Assembly: GCA_017417315.1 (NCBI GenBank)
Contig: JAFPZK010000053.1
Coordinates: 31,798-95,797, forward strand
Direction: 5' to 3'
Length of the DNA stretch: 64,000 nt
Source of the DNA: Bacteroidales bacterium
GTDB lineage: Bacteria; Bacteroidota; Bacteroidia; Bacteroidales; UBA3824
Below are positions 32,057-42,197 of the stretch, piece by piece (within the stretch, counting starts at the first letter, position 1; every line of letters begins with the position of its first letter). The notes beneath the pieces are model-generated. The model worked only from the letters and a program-made list of their open reading frames with translations. It was not told where the DNA came from and ran no database searches. The translations under genes were made by a program, and so were the position numbers.

Positions 32057-33651
32057 AATCCGGCCTTAATAAATTCCACAAACAACGGGTGCGCCTTGGT
32101 GGGACGGCTTTTGAACTCGGGGTGAAACTGACATGCTACAAAGAACTTGCACTTGGGATTCTCTACCATTTCTGCAAGATCTAACTTGCCGTTGATGCCC
32201 GAAAATACCATTCCTAAGTCGGAAATCTGTTGACGGTAACTATTGTTGAACTCGTAGCGATGACGATGACGTTCTACAATATGCTCCGAACCGTATGCCT
32301 TGAACGCCAATGTGCCGGGAGTGATGTCGCAATCGTAGTTGCCGAGGCGAAGCGTTCCGCCCATATTTGTAACGTTTTTCTGTTCTTCCATAAGGCAGAT
32401 GACGGGATTGGGTGTCTTGGGGTCAAACTCGGTGGAAGTGGCATTTTTCAGACCTGCCACGTGGCGTGCAAACTCGATGACGGCAATCTGCATTCCGAGG
32501 CAGAGACCAAGATAGGGAACGTTGTTTTCACGGGCGTAACGGCAGGCGCGAATCATTCCCTCGATACCACGCTCACCGAATCCTCCGGGAACAACTATTC
32601 CGTCAAAAGGTTTTAACAATTCATCTACTTGCTCATCGTTGAGGGTCTCGATTTGCTCCGAATCCACATAGTCTACGTGAACACGTGTTCCAAATTTGTA
32701 GCCTGCGTGTTTAAGTGCCTCTGTAACACTGATATAAGCGTCTTGAAGATGAGTATATTTGCCCACCAAAGCCACGTGCATATCCTTTTTGAGAGTCTCG
32801 ACGGTATGCACCATATCTGTCCAAAACTTGATGTCGTATTTGCTGCGTTTCAATTGCAACTTCTTGATAATGATAGAGTCAGCCTTTTGCTTATGGTAGA
32901 GTAGGGGAATCTTGTAGATATTGTCCACGTCGGCACTTGAAATTACGCAATCGGCTGAAACTGAACAGAATAGACCAATTTTGCCACGAACATCGTCATC
33001 AAGCATTACGGGAGTGCGGCAGACGATGATGTCGGGTTGTATGCCCTTGCCGCGAAGTTCTATCACAGAGTGCTGTGTGGGCTTGGTTTTCAGTTCGTTA
33101 GACCCGAAAAGAGCCGGCACGAGGGTGGTATGAATAAACAGAGTGTCCTCGGGAGGATTGTCGAGTTTTACCTGACGGAGTGCTTCGAGAAACGCCTCAG
33201 ACTCAATGTCGCCGATAGTTCCGCCAATTTCGGTAATTACCACGTCGGCACCCGAAGTACGGGCGGCCTCGTAAATCTTGTTTTTGATTTCGTCGGTAAC
33301 GTGAGGCACTATCTGCACCGTTCCGCCGAGAAAATCGCCTCTGCGCTCCTTGTCGATAACGGTCTTAAAAACCTTGCCCATCGTGATATTGGAGGTGTAG
33401 TTCATCTCCTCGTCGATAAAACGCTCGTAATGACCGAGGTCGAGGTCGGTTTCGGTTCCGTCGGCAGTAACGAACACTTCGCCGTGCTGATAGGGACTCA
33501 TTGTACCCGGGTCTACATTGATATAGGGGTCGAATTTCTGCATAAACACCTTGTGACCGTGAGCCTTCAACAAAAGGGCGATGCTTGACGCCGTAATACC
33601 TTTTCCCAAACCGGAAACCACACCTCCGGTAACAAATATATATTTTGCCAT
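32053..33651 (-). CDS. pyrG: CTP synthase
   Basis: TGGVVSGLGKG, DPGTMSPYQHGE, GLCLGMQ, ERHRHRYE, QFHPEF. Confidence 0.98.
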   Translation of the reverse strand: MAKYIFVTGGVVSGLGKGITASSIALLLKAHGHKVFMQKFDPYINVDPGTMSPYQHGEVFVTADGTETDLDLGHYERFIDEEMNYTSNITMGKVFKTVIDKERRGDFLGGTVQIVPHVTDEIKNKIYEAARTSGADVVITEIGGTIGDIESEAFLEALRQVKLDNPPEDTLFIHTTLVPALFGSNELKTKPTQHSVIELRGKGIQPDIIVCRTPVMLDDDVRGKIGLFCSVSADCVISSADVDNIYKIPLLYHKQKADSIIIKKLQLKRSKYDIKFWTDMVHTVETLKKDMHVALVGKYTHLQDAYISVTEALKHAGYKFGTRVHVDYVDSEQIETLNDEQVDELLKPFDGIVVPGGFGERGIEGMIRACRYARENNVPYLGLCLGMQIAVIEFARHVAGLKNATSTEFDPKTPNPVICLMEEQKNVTNMGGTLRLGNYDCDITPGTLAFKAYGSEHIVERHRHRYEFNNSYRQQISDLGMVFSGINGKLDLAEMVENPKCKFFVACQFHPEFKSRPTKAHPLFVEFIKAGL

Positions 33652-33696
33652 TTTTTTATTACTAATTACTTATTATGAATTTTCAACTGTCAATTG

Positions 33697-35070
33697 TCAA
33701 TTATACAACTCCGTCGGATACTCACCCGTAAAGCACGCAGCGCACATATCGTTACGGTTGCCGGCTTTATAGAGGGCATCTTTGGAGAGAAAATGAAGCG
33801 AATCAGCACCGATAAATTCGCACATCTGTTCCTCGGTGTTGTGCGCTCCGAGAAGTTGCTCGTAAGTGCCGGTGTCAACGCCGTAAAAACACGGGTGCGC
33901 ATACTTAGGACTTGCAATGCAGAGATGAACCTCCTTTGCGCCCGCATCTCTGAGCATCTGAACAATCTGTTTTGAGGTTGTTCCGCGCACTATCGAATCA
34001 TCAATCAGCACAAGCCTTTTGCCGCTGACAACGCTACGCACGGGCGAAAGTTTCATTTTGACACCTCGGCTGCGGAGTTCCTGTGTGGGCTGAATAAATG
34101 TGCGGGCAACATATTTGCTCTTTACCAATCCCATTTCGTAAGGTATTCCGCTTGCCTCGGCGTAACCTATTGCCGCACTGAGGCTTGAATCAGGAACGCC
34201 TACCACGATGTCGCCGTCCACTTTACATTCCTCGTACAACAACCGACCCGAATTGCGGCGGAAAGTATGCACGTTGCACCCCTCGATGTCGCTGTCGGGA
34301 CGGGCAAAATAGATGTATTCCATCACGCACATTTTGTGGCGTTTAAAGGTGGAATAATGGTTGGAACGCAGTCCGTGATGGTCGATTGTAACAATTTCGC
34401 CGGGTTCGATGTCGCGTATAAATTCTGCACCGACGGCATCAAAAGCGCAGGTTTCGCTCGCTACCATATAGCCGCTGCCGAGCCGTGCCACCGACAACGG
34501 GTGAAAACCGTATTTGTCGCGGCAGACATAAAGACGGTTGGCGGTCATAACTATCATTGAGAAAGCACCTTCCAACACGTTGAGAGCCTCGGCGATGTTG
34601 TGGATTCGGTGTTCGTCGGTGTGGTCTTTTTTGATGAGGTGGGCAAAAAGTTCGCTATCGGAAGTGGTTTGAAAAAGGCTTCCGCGACTTTCTAAATGTC
34701 GTCGCAACTCTTTGGAATTGACGATATTACCATTATGAACAAGGGCGAAGTCGCCTGTATGATGTCGAAATGTCAGCGGTTGAATATTTTCGATTCCGCC
34801 AACATCGGTGGTAGGATAGCGCACGTGTCCTATTGCCATTGTGCCTTCGAGAGCGGCGATGTTATTTTTTGAAAACACCTCGCTGACAAGTCCCGCGCCC
34901 TTGTGCGTGAACATCTTACCATTAAAAAAAGTAGAAATTCCGCAACCTTGTTGACCTCTATGTTGCAGACTGTGAAGGGCATAGTAAGCAAGGTTGGCGG
35001 CATTGTCAACACCGTAAAAACCCGTTACGCCACATTCGTGATGAATCTCTTTTAAATCAAATTTTTCCAT
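33697..35070 (-). CDS. purF: Amidophosphoribosyltransferase
   Basis: ECG N-terminal nucleophile, LQHRGQ, EYIYFARPDS, DDSIVRGTT. Confidence 0.97.
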   Translation of the reverse strand: MEKFDLKEIHHECGVTGFYGVDNAANLAYYALHSLQHRGQQGCGISTFFNGKMFTHKGAGLVSEVFSKNNIAALEGTMAIGHVRYPTTDVGGIENIQPLTFRHHTGDFALVHNGNIVNSKELRRHLESRGSLFQTTSDSELFAHLIKKDHTDEHRIHNIAEALNVLEGAFSMIVMTANRLYVCRDKYGFHPLSVARLGSGYMVASETCAFDAVGAEFIRDIEPGEIVTIDHHGLRSNHYSTFKRHKMCVMEYIYFARPDSDIEGCNVHTFRRNSGRLLYEECKVDGDIVVGVPDSSLSAAIGYAEASGIPYEMGLVKSKYVARTFIQPTQELRSRGVKMKLSPVRSVVSGKRLVLIDDSIVRGTTSKQIVQMLRDAGAKEVHLCIASPKYAHPCFYGVDTGTYEQLLGAHNTEEQMCEFIGADSLHFLSKDALYKAGNRNDMCAACFTGEYPTELYN

Positions 35071-35765
35071 TGTTTTAACCGAATTAATACCGTGTTGTAA
35101 GCCTCAATAATATCGCCCATATCGTGGCGGAAACGGTCTTTGTCTAAGTGCCGTCCCGTTTTAATGTCAACAAGCCGGCAAGTGTCGGGACTTATCTCGT
35201 CGGCAATAATCAACTCACCGCCGGGCAGCCGTCCGAACTCTAACTTAAAGTCAATCAATCTGATGTCGCAACTTTCAAACACTTGCGAAAGTGCGGTGTT
35301 GGCTTTATGTGCGATGTCGCTGATAGTTGTCATTTCGTTGTAAGTTACAAAGCCGAGAGCCACGGCGATATGCTCGTTCATAAAAGGATTGTCCAAATCC
35401 TCGCTCTTGTAAGTCATCTCGTAAATAGGTTCAACGAGCGGCGTTTCCTCCTTGATTCCGAACCGCGAGGAGAGCGATCCTGCGGCAAAATTTCTAACAA
35501 TCACCCTCAGCGGCAGAACGTCGGTTTTAAGGCACTCCATACTTTGGTCGTCAGCCAATTTTATGAAATGGTTTCTGATTCCGGCATCGGTGAGATATTG
35601 AAACAGAATAGCGGATATTTGATTGACATACAGACCTTTACCAACGATTTTCGCGCGTTTGATATTATGAAAAGCCGTTGCCGTATCTTTGAAATAGACC
35701 AAGATTTTATCAGGGCTTTCCTTTGCGTAAATTATCTTTGAATGTCCTTCGGTGATTATTTCCAT
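35052..35765 (-). CDS. purC: SAICAR synthetase
   Basis: FKDTATAF, VIVRNFAAGS, DFKLEFG, ADEISPDTCR, DKDRFR. Confidence 0.93.
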   Translation of the reverse strand: MEIITEGHSKIIYAKESPDKILVYFKDTATAFHNIKRAKIVGKGLYVNQISAILFQYLTDAGIRNHFIKLADDQSMECLKTDVLPLRVIVRNFAAGSLSSRFGIKEETPLVEPIYEMTYKSEDLDNPFMNEHIAVALGFVTYNEMTTISDIAHKANTALSQVFESCDIRLIDFKLEFGRLPGGELIIADEISPDTCRLVDIKTGRHLDKDRFRHDMGDIIEAYNTVLIRLKQWKNLI

Positions 35766-35951
35766 AATTCGTTGATATATTTTTTTGACGGGACAAAAAT
35801 AAAAACTATGCGAGGTAAAGTCAATACGAGGGAAACTGATTTTAAGGACAAAGGAATACGTAAAACACTAAAATATTTTCATTGCGTAAGTTGTAAAAAC
35901 AATCCAATGCCCTGAAAGTGAAGTCGCTCTGTGTGCAACAAGCTTTCGTGT

Positions 35952-35993
35952 AATTTTTCAGATGTCTGAAAAATGTCAGATGTCTGAAAAATT
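35952..35993. repeat. 42-bp tandem-palindrome repeat, intergenic copy
   Basis: AATTTTTCAGATGTCTGAAAAATGTCAGATGTCTGAAAAATT; 40/42 identical to 36749-36790. Confidence 0.9.
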
Positions 35994-36057
35994 CATTTCA
36001 AAACTTTACGCTGTTTTTTCGTGGGCGTAATTCTGAAAAATTGAAGTTTTGCTGTGT

Positions 36058-37101
36058 TTACTTCAATATGTCAGCAACTAATTTTCTAAGTTCGTCTTTG
36101 TCAGGCAAATAGAGTTCATATTTTGACACAAAGAGATTGGAGTCCATTCCGTATGTTGCGTATTCCACAAGCAATTCGTCGCGATAGTGGCTCATAATGA
36201 TTCCTATCGGCGGATTGTCGCCTTCCACATTTTCCTCTTTTGCGAAATAGCCCATATACATATTCATCTGTCCAATATCCTTGTGCGTTACAGCACCGCG
36301 TTTGAGGTCGATAAGCACAAAACATTTCAAAATCCTATGATAAAAAACTAAGTCAATATGATAATGTACATTGTTGATAGTCAGCGGATATTGACGCCTG
36401 ACAAAGGCAAAGCCCTTACCCAATTCAAGAAGGAAAGTCTGCATATTGTCTATCAGTTTTTGCTCCAACTCGCTTTCCTTGTATCGTTTTTTAGCATCTA
36501 TGCCAAGGAACTCCAATGTGTAAGTGTCCTTCACTACATCCTCCACTTTTTGAAGATTTTGACCTTGGTGCGCCAATTGCAACACGCCCTCTTTGTCTTT
36601 GCTCTGCGCCAAGCGCATAAACAATCCACTTTCTTTCTGTCTGTGAAGTTCGTTAACTGTCCAACTCTCGGCGATGCATTCTTTCTCGTAAAATTCACGC
36701 TCCAAATCGTTGTCAATGGTGATTAGTTCGCAGATGTGCGACCAAGTCAATTTTTCAGATGTCTGAAATATTTCAGATGTCTGAAAAATTGGGTACAGCA
36801 AATAAAACTTGCGCATATTGTTGAGATTCGGGTGGCTGTAACCACGACCAATCCTCGCCACAAGTATTTTGGCAAGGCTTGTAAGAAGTCTTGTGCCGTA
36901 TTTTGCCCGGGCATTACCATTTTGCTCAAACTCTACAATATGTCTGCCGACATTCCAATATGTACGCTTAATTGTCTGATTGATGCTAACCGCTAATTGC
37001 TTACGCTCGGATTCAATTTCAGCAACAATTGTATCTGCAAGTTGCATTAAGTCAGCGTCATATATTGGAATAAGAGTCGCTTCCGTTTTTTTCTTTCCCA
37101 T
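36058..37101 (-). CDS. YhcG/DUF1016 PD-(D/E)XK nuclease-domain protein
   Basis: YWNVGRHIVE, LTWSH, KDTYTLEFL, FLLELGKGFAF, IDLVFYHRILKCFVLIDLK, GQMNMY. Confidence 0.93.
   Translation of the reverse strand: MGKKKTEATLIPIYDADLMQLADTIVAEIESERKQLAVSINQTIKRTYWNVGRHIVEFEQNGNARAKYGTRLLTSLAKILVARIGRGYSHPNLNNMRKFYLLYPIFQTSEIFQTSEKLTWSHICELITIDNDLEREFYEKECIAESWTVNELHRQKESGLFMRLAQSKDKEGVLQLAHQGQNLQKVEDVVKDTYTLEFLGIDAKKRYKESELEQKLIDNMQTFLLELGKGFAFVRRQYPLTINNVHYHIDLVFYHRILKCFVLIDLKRGAVTHKDIGQMNMYMGYFAKEENVEGDNPPIGIIMSHYRDELLVEYATYGMDSNLFVSKYELYLPDKDELRKLVADILK
36749..36790. repeat. 42-bp tandem-palindrome repeat, in-gene copy (encodes IFQTSEIFQTSEK)
   Basis: AATTTTTCAGATGTCTGAAATATTTCAGATGTCTGAAAAATT. 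Confidence 0.9.
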
Positions 37102-37234
37102 TGTTATCAATGTTTTAAATTCCGCAAATTTACGGATTGTTTTTGAAATTTCAAGGGGGAAGGGAAGATTTTTTTGCAATGAAAAAAACGGCTGCGACCT
37201 ATGGGGGGCGCAGCCGAAAAAAGTATGTCGAAAG

Positions 37235-38883
37235 TTAAACGTCAAAGTAACTATCCATTGTATCCCGCACTTCGGCAATTAGACGTTTCTTTTCGTCTTT
37301 GAGAACGAATGCTTGTTTCATGTCGCCAAAACACGACCTTTTTGTAACAAAAACTTCCTGATATAACCAAGCAAATTGTTACCAAATATTCCGTCAGGCA
37401 ACACAATCGCCATTCTTCCACCGAATTTCAACAACTGATAGCAACGCTCAATGAACAAGATTTGCGGTGCTTCCTTGTCGGCAAGTTTCATTTTCTCCCA
37501 ATCATTAGTGCCTTTCTTGTTTTTCCATTTGTGGGCGAGGTCGAATTGTTTTAGTTTGTCTTCTCCCGTAACAGGAATTTTGGAACCAAAAGGCGGATTG
37601 GTCAACACTACGCTGAACTCGCCGAAATGGATTTTTTGACGTGTCCTTTCTCCCCAATTTTCGGGACGTTCCAAACTATCCTCGCAAAACACGCCGCCTT
37701 TGCCGTCGCCCATTATCGCCATATACGATTTAGCAATTTTTGAGAGAAAATAATCCTTATCTATGCCCCGGATACATTTGTTTGCGACATCGATTTTTTC
37801 CTCCAAAATGGCAGTATCAGACCAACCCATTTCACGGTATCGGGTTATAATCTTGTTCCAAATGTAACGAAGCGATTCTATGATAAAACCGCCGCTGCCA
37901 CACGCAGGGTCAATTACCATATCGTTGTCGTCAGGATCAAGTATTTCAACCATCATCTTCACAACATTGCGCGGTGTAAAGAATTGACCCTGACCGCCCT
38001 TTAATGCGTGGTCGATAAATGTTTCGAAAGCATCGGCAAGCACATCGCGCTCGGCATCAATGAGACAATAATTTTGCATTTCACCTACAATGTAGGCGAT
38101 GGAATTGTCGTCAAGATTGATTACATCTTCTTTGGTAAAAACTTCGTGATATTTTGCTTTTACATCCGAAAAAAGTTTCTCGATGCGGCCGCGCACATCG
38201 GCGTTGCTTTCGTTTAAGCCGACACGGAAACGGACGATTGATTCGGGCGCAGTGAAACGCTCGTCAAATATTTTGCAGAAAATCAGATTGATGAGTTGCT
38301 GTGCCAAAACTTCGTCGCGTGTCGCCCCAATAGCATTGGCAGCCAAATAGTTGCGTATCGCTTTGAATGTTGATTTCAGGTTGTGAGTTACAATCAGTTC
38401 CTTTCGTTTGATTGCTCCAATATCTTCCAACCTTTCGCCATATTTCGGAATATTTGGAATGTCTTTGAAAAGTACACGTCCGTCATCTGTATTCTGTTTC
38501 AACAGATAAAAACGCTCCTCACCATTGAACCACACTCCGAGATTGGCTTTTGATAATGTGAGATAGTTTTCAAGTTGGGTACGACCGTCTTTTCTGTTTT
38601 TCTTTTTGCACTCGACAATCAAAAAAACTGTGTCGTCCGTTTTTTCAGTGTCGCTAAAAACTGCAATATCAACAGGATACTCCTTTTTAGTATCACTTGG
38701 ACGCACCTTTACGTGAAACTGAGGGCGTGTTTGTATTTGTGTCTTCGGATAGCCATAGTCCTCCACCAAAATTTTGGAAAAGACCTGCGTGGCTTCCACT
38801 TCTTCGGGCGACGCTTTTACTTGCTGCCCCGAAATAAAGTCTATGATATAGCCATCCTTTGGCTGAGTTTGTTCTTCTGCCAT
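37235..38883 (-). pseudogene. HsdR_N-like + N6-adenine DNA methyltransferase fusion (Type IIG-like), internally deleted
   Basis: VDIAVF..VECK nuclease motif, GQFFTP, DPACGSGG, NPPF. Frame stops mid-MTase at 37318. A helical tail DMKQAFVLKDEKKRLIAEV...FDV* follows in another frame, then a terminator at ~37186-37222. Confidence 0.8.
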
Positions 38884-38944
38884 TGCACTATGCATTTTTA
38901 GGGCGATTGCTTATCTGTTTTCGGTTTGACGTGCAATTCTGACA

Positions 38945-39130
38945 GGGCATAAAAAAGTGGACTTAACATTATCCACAATCTGAGGCCCTGAGAATTGCCC
39001 GCCTTCACAGATAAGCCAAGCCCACGCAAGCGCGTAGGCATTTACTTGACTTATTCGTGCGAAGACATTTCTAAAATTTCTCAGGTTTCAGATTATATCA
39101 CCGAATAAATAGCAAACGCTAATGTTAATT
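38945..39130 (-). ncRNA. Putative structured 5' leader RNA upstream of the N6-MTase gene
   Basis: Nested stems with G-U pairs on the minus strand, central hairpin GCCUACGC/GCGUGGGC, 3' hairpin GUGGA..UCCAC followed by U6. Confidence 0.6.
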
Positions 39131-39267
39131 AATAATATGTTAAAATTTTATTTCGCCAACGGTTTAACGTGGCTTTTAAAGTCATTTTCTTACAATTTTG
39201 TTAAACGCCGTAAATATAACGGATTTCTTTTTAACCATAAAAATTTTATTGCACTTTTTTATAAAAA

Positions 39268-39318
39268 AAAGTACAGTAACATAATTATCAACAAGTTGAA
39301 TTTATGTTACTGTACTTT
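39268..39318. terminator. 17-bp-arm inverted repeat downstream of dapL
   Basis: AAAGTACAGTAACATAA ... TTATGTTACTGTACTTT. Confidence 0.6.
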
Positions 39319-39345
39319 GCGTATGTGAAACGATAAAATATCCCT

Positions 39346-40542
39346 TTATCCTATCTTTTCAATCCTCTCCATCGCCTCGATGCAATTCTCTCTCGAACCA
39401 AACGCCGTAATCCTGATATAGCCTTCTCCTGATGTGCCGAAACCTGCGCCGGGAGTGGTAACAACTTGGGCGGAGTGGAGAAGCCGGTCAAAAAATTTCC
39501 ATGAATCTTCGCCTTTGGGAGTTTTGAGCCAAATGTAGGGTGCGTTTTCACCGCCAAATGCCGTGAAACCCGATTTTTGAAGGCTGTCGCGGATTATCTT
39601 GGCGTTGGTGAGATAATAATTGATTACCTCCTTGGTCTGCCGCTGTCCTTCGGCGCTGAACACCGCCTCCGCACCGCGCTGCGAAATGTACGATGCACCG
39701 TTGAATTTTGAGCATTGACGGCGGTTCCAAATCGGATTCAAGGCAACGAGCGAACCGTCGGAAGATTTGATTTTCAACTCCTTGGGTATCACCGTGTAGC
39801 CGCAACGCACACCCGTGAATCCGGCAGTCTTTGAAAAACTGCGAAACTCTATCGCACACTCTTTTGCGCCGTTGATTTCGTAAATCGAATGTGGAATTTC
39901 AGGGTCGGTGATGAATGCCTCGTATGCCGAATCATACATTATCAACGTGTTGTGGCTCAGCGCGTAATCCACCCAACGCCTCAACCCTTCGCGAGTGATT
40001 ACTGCCCCCGTGGGATTGTTGGGGAAACAGAGGTACATCACGTCGAGATTTTCGGCGGGGATGTCGCCCGTGAAGCCGTTTTGCTCGGTGCAGGGAATGT
40101 AGCGGATTTGCCGTCCCGCCATACTGTTGGTGTCAACATAAACGGGATACACCGGGTCGGTAACGCCGATTACGTTGTTGGCGGAAAGAATGTCGCCGAT
40201 GTTGCCGAGGTCGCTCTTAGCACCGTCTGAGATGAAAACTTCATCGCTGTCGAGGTGGATGCCGCGCGGAGTGTAGTCGTGTGCTATAATCTTATCTATC
40301 AAGAAGTTGTAACCTTGCTCAGGACCGTAGCCGTGAAAAGTTTCTGCCTTGGCGCAGTCGTCAACGGCGCGGTGCATTGCCTCAATTACGGCAGGTACGA
40401 GGGGTTGGGTAACGTCGCCGATTCCGAGACGAATTATCTGAGCGTCAGGATTTTGCTCCTTGTATGCCGCCACACGTTTTGCAACCTCAGCAAAGAGGTA
40501 ACGGTGGTGGATTTTGGTGAAATTATCGTTGATGTATGCCAT
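39346..40542 (-). CDS. dapL: LL-diaminopimelate aminotransferase
   Basis: [41 protein letters not shown]. Confidence 0.96.
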   Translation of the reverse strand: MAYINDNFTKIHHRYLFAEVAKRVAAYKEQNPDAQIIRLGIGDVTQPLVPAVIEAMHRAVDDCAKAETFHGYGPEQGYNFLIDKIIAHDYTPRGIHLDSDEVFISDGAKSDLGNIGDILSANNVIGVTDPVYPVYVDTNSMAGRQIRYIPCTEQNGFTGDIPAENLDVMYLCFPNNPTGAVITREGLRRWVDYALSHNTLIMYDSAYEAFITDPEIPHSIYEINGAKECAIEFRSFSKTAGFTGVRCGYTVIPKELKIKSSDGSLVALNPIWNRRQCSKFNGASYISQRGAEAVFSAEGQRQTKEVINYYLTNAKIIRDSLQKSGFTAFGGENAPYIWLKTPKGEDSWKFFDRLLHSAQVVTTPGAGFGTSGEGYIRITAFGSRENCIEAMERIEKIG

Positions 40543-40728
40543 TTTTTGTTATAATTTTATATGGCAAAATTACTCAGATAATTTCAATTGAGAATCTTGA
40601 AACGGTGATTTTACGTGAATTAGGTATTGTATGACGTGAGAATGATTAAAAAATGTTAATAATTACTTTTAAAGATAATTATTATTTCGACTATTTATTA
40701 TATTTGCACAACAAAAATAAAAAGAAAA

Positions 40729-40797
40729 ATGGCAAAGGCTACAATACAATCAGTAAAACAGACAGAAACTGCGGGATTGTTCACCATTGAAATATGA
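40729..40797 (+). pseudogene. 22-codon remnant of the upstream (probable toxin) gene of a TA pair
   Basis: MAKATIQSVKQTETAGLFTIEI* follows a TATATTTG promoter box (40699). Its stop overlaps the HTH gene start (ATGA). Confidence 0.5.
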
Positions 40798-41066
40798 AAC
40801 ATTCAAACGCCACAGAATTGCTCTTTAATCAGGTAATTGATGAAACGCCGCCTGAAATAAAACAGGAGGTGGAATGGTCATACAGCATTGCTGACAAAAT
40901 TTACGAAGCACTGCGTCGTAAAGGGTTGTCGCAAAAGGAGTTCGCACGCCTTGTCGGAACGTCCGAAGCCGCCGTTTCCAAGTGGATTGGCGGCGGTCAT
41001 AATTTCACGCTTTCGACATTGGCTAAGATTTCGATGGTGTTGGGCGTGGATATGATTAAAGTGTAG
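40794..41066 (+). CDS. XRE/HTH_3 transcriptional regulator (HigA-like antitoxin)
   Basis: GLSQKEFARLVGTSEAAVSKWIGGGHNFTLSTL. Confidence 0.88.
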   Translation: MKHSNATELLFNQVIDETPPEIKQEVEWSYSIADKIYEALRRKGLSQKEFARLVGTSEAAVSKWIGGGHNFTLSTLAKISMVLGVDMIKV

Positions 41067-41098
41067 TTCTTCTATCTGAATTTTCGTCAAAGATTTAA

Positions 41099-42184
41099 TC
41101 ACTTCCCCGACTTCTCCCGGTTGCACTTGCGGCAGAGCATTTGGCAGTTTTCCTTGACGGTGTGTCCGCCCTGACACCACGGCGTGATGTGGTCGGCTTC
41201 CATCTGTTCAATTTCGAAATGTTCGCCGCAAATTTTGCAGATACCGTTCTGATTTTCATAGACTTCGCGCTTGGTGTTGTCGTCGAAGGCGCGGATGCCG
41301 AGATGCTTTTCGTCGCCGTCGAGGACGTAGGGATAAATGCCGGATTTTTTCTGAACGTCGGAGTCTTTCATTAATTCTGACACTCGGGATTCAAGTTGCT
41401 GAACGTTAAGGTTTTGGTTGTGAAACTTATCGTAAAGCAAACCCCAATCCACGCCTTTCATTTCTTTGCGATATTTTGGGAAAATTGCTTTCACCCAAGA
41501 GATTACGCTTTGAAAATAATTCCAAAGTTCGATGGCATTGTTGTCGTGCTGATGCTTGCCCATATAAATCTCGATGCCAATGTTGCGGGCAATCCAACTG
41601 AGCGCAGTTTCGAGATAGTCCTGACGTATGGGCGAACCGTTGAGATACTTGCTCGCCAAGCCGTATGCCGCGCAATTGTTTTTGGAGAAATAACGCTTGG
41701 CGTCGCTCACCCAACTGCCTGAATATACGGCGTTTCGGAGTTCTTGTTCGGTGAGTTTTTCACCGGCAATGTTGATAGTGCGAAACCATTTGAGTTTTTC
41801 ACTATCGGAACCGCTGCAAATGTAAATTTGCAGTTCGTAATCCAGAATTTTGTCCGCCTCGTCTTGCTTCAAGTTGTAGAAATATTTGAAGAAAAACGCA
41901 AAATCACCGTTTACATACTGACAAATTGAAATTGTACGTTGCTGACCGTCAATGATTTCGTAAGTGCCATCGTCGCGGGTAGCCCAATACATCACGTTTA
42001 ACGGGAAACCGTTTGTAACAGTGTCGATAACAGCGTCGCGCTGTTTGTCATTGTAGACAAATTCGCGCTGATACGGCGGACGCACATCGAGTTTGCCGCC
42101 AAAAGCCTTTACACCACTTTCGGCGTTGTCTTCGTAACCGTTTGTCAGGTCACGAATTGTGATTTTGTGCAATTCAATTTCCAT
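41099..42184 (-). CDS. DUF262 (ParB-like/GmrS) + HNH endonuclease
   Basis: RPPYQREFVY, IDGQQR, INIAGEKL; C-terminal CKIC...EADHITPW..GG.T..NCQMLCRKCNR. Confidence 0.92.
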   Translation of the reverse strand: MEIELHKITIRDLTNGYEDNAESGVKAFGGKLDVRPPYQREFVYNDKQRDAVIDTVTNGFPLNVMYWATRDDGTYEIIDGQQRTISICQYVNGDFAFFFKYFYNLKQDEADKILDYELQIYICSGSDSEKLKWFRTINIAGEKLTEQELRNAVYSGSWVSDAKRYFSKNNCAAYGLASKYLNGSPIRQDYLETALSWIARNIGIEIYMGKHQHDNNAIELWNYFQSVISWVKAIFPKYRKEMKGVDWGLLYDKFHNQNLNVQQLESRVSELMKDSDVQKKSGIYPYVLDGDEKHLGIRAFDDNTKREVYENQNGICKICGEHFEIEQMEADHITPWCQGGHTVKENCQMLCRKCNREKSGK

Positions 42185-42197
42185 AAGTCGTTGTTAT

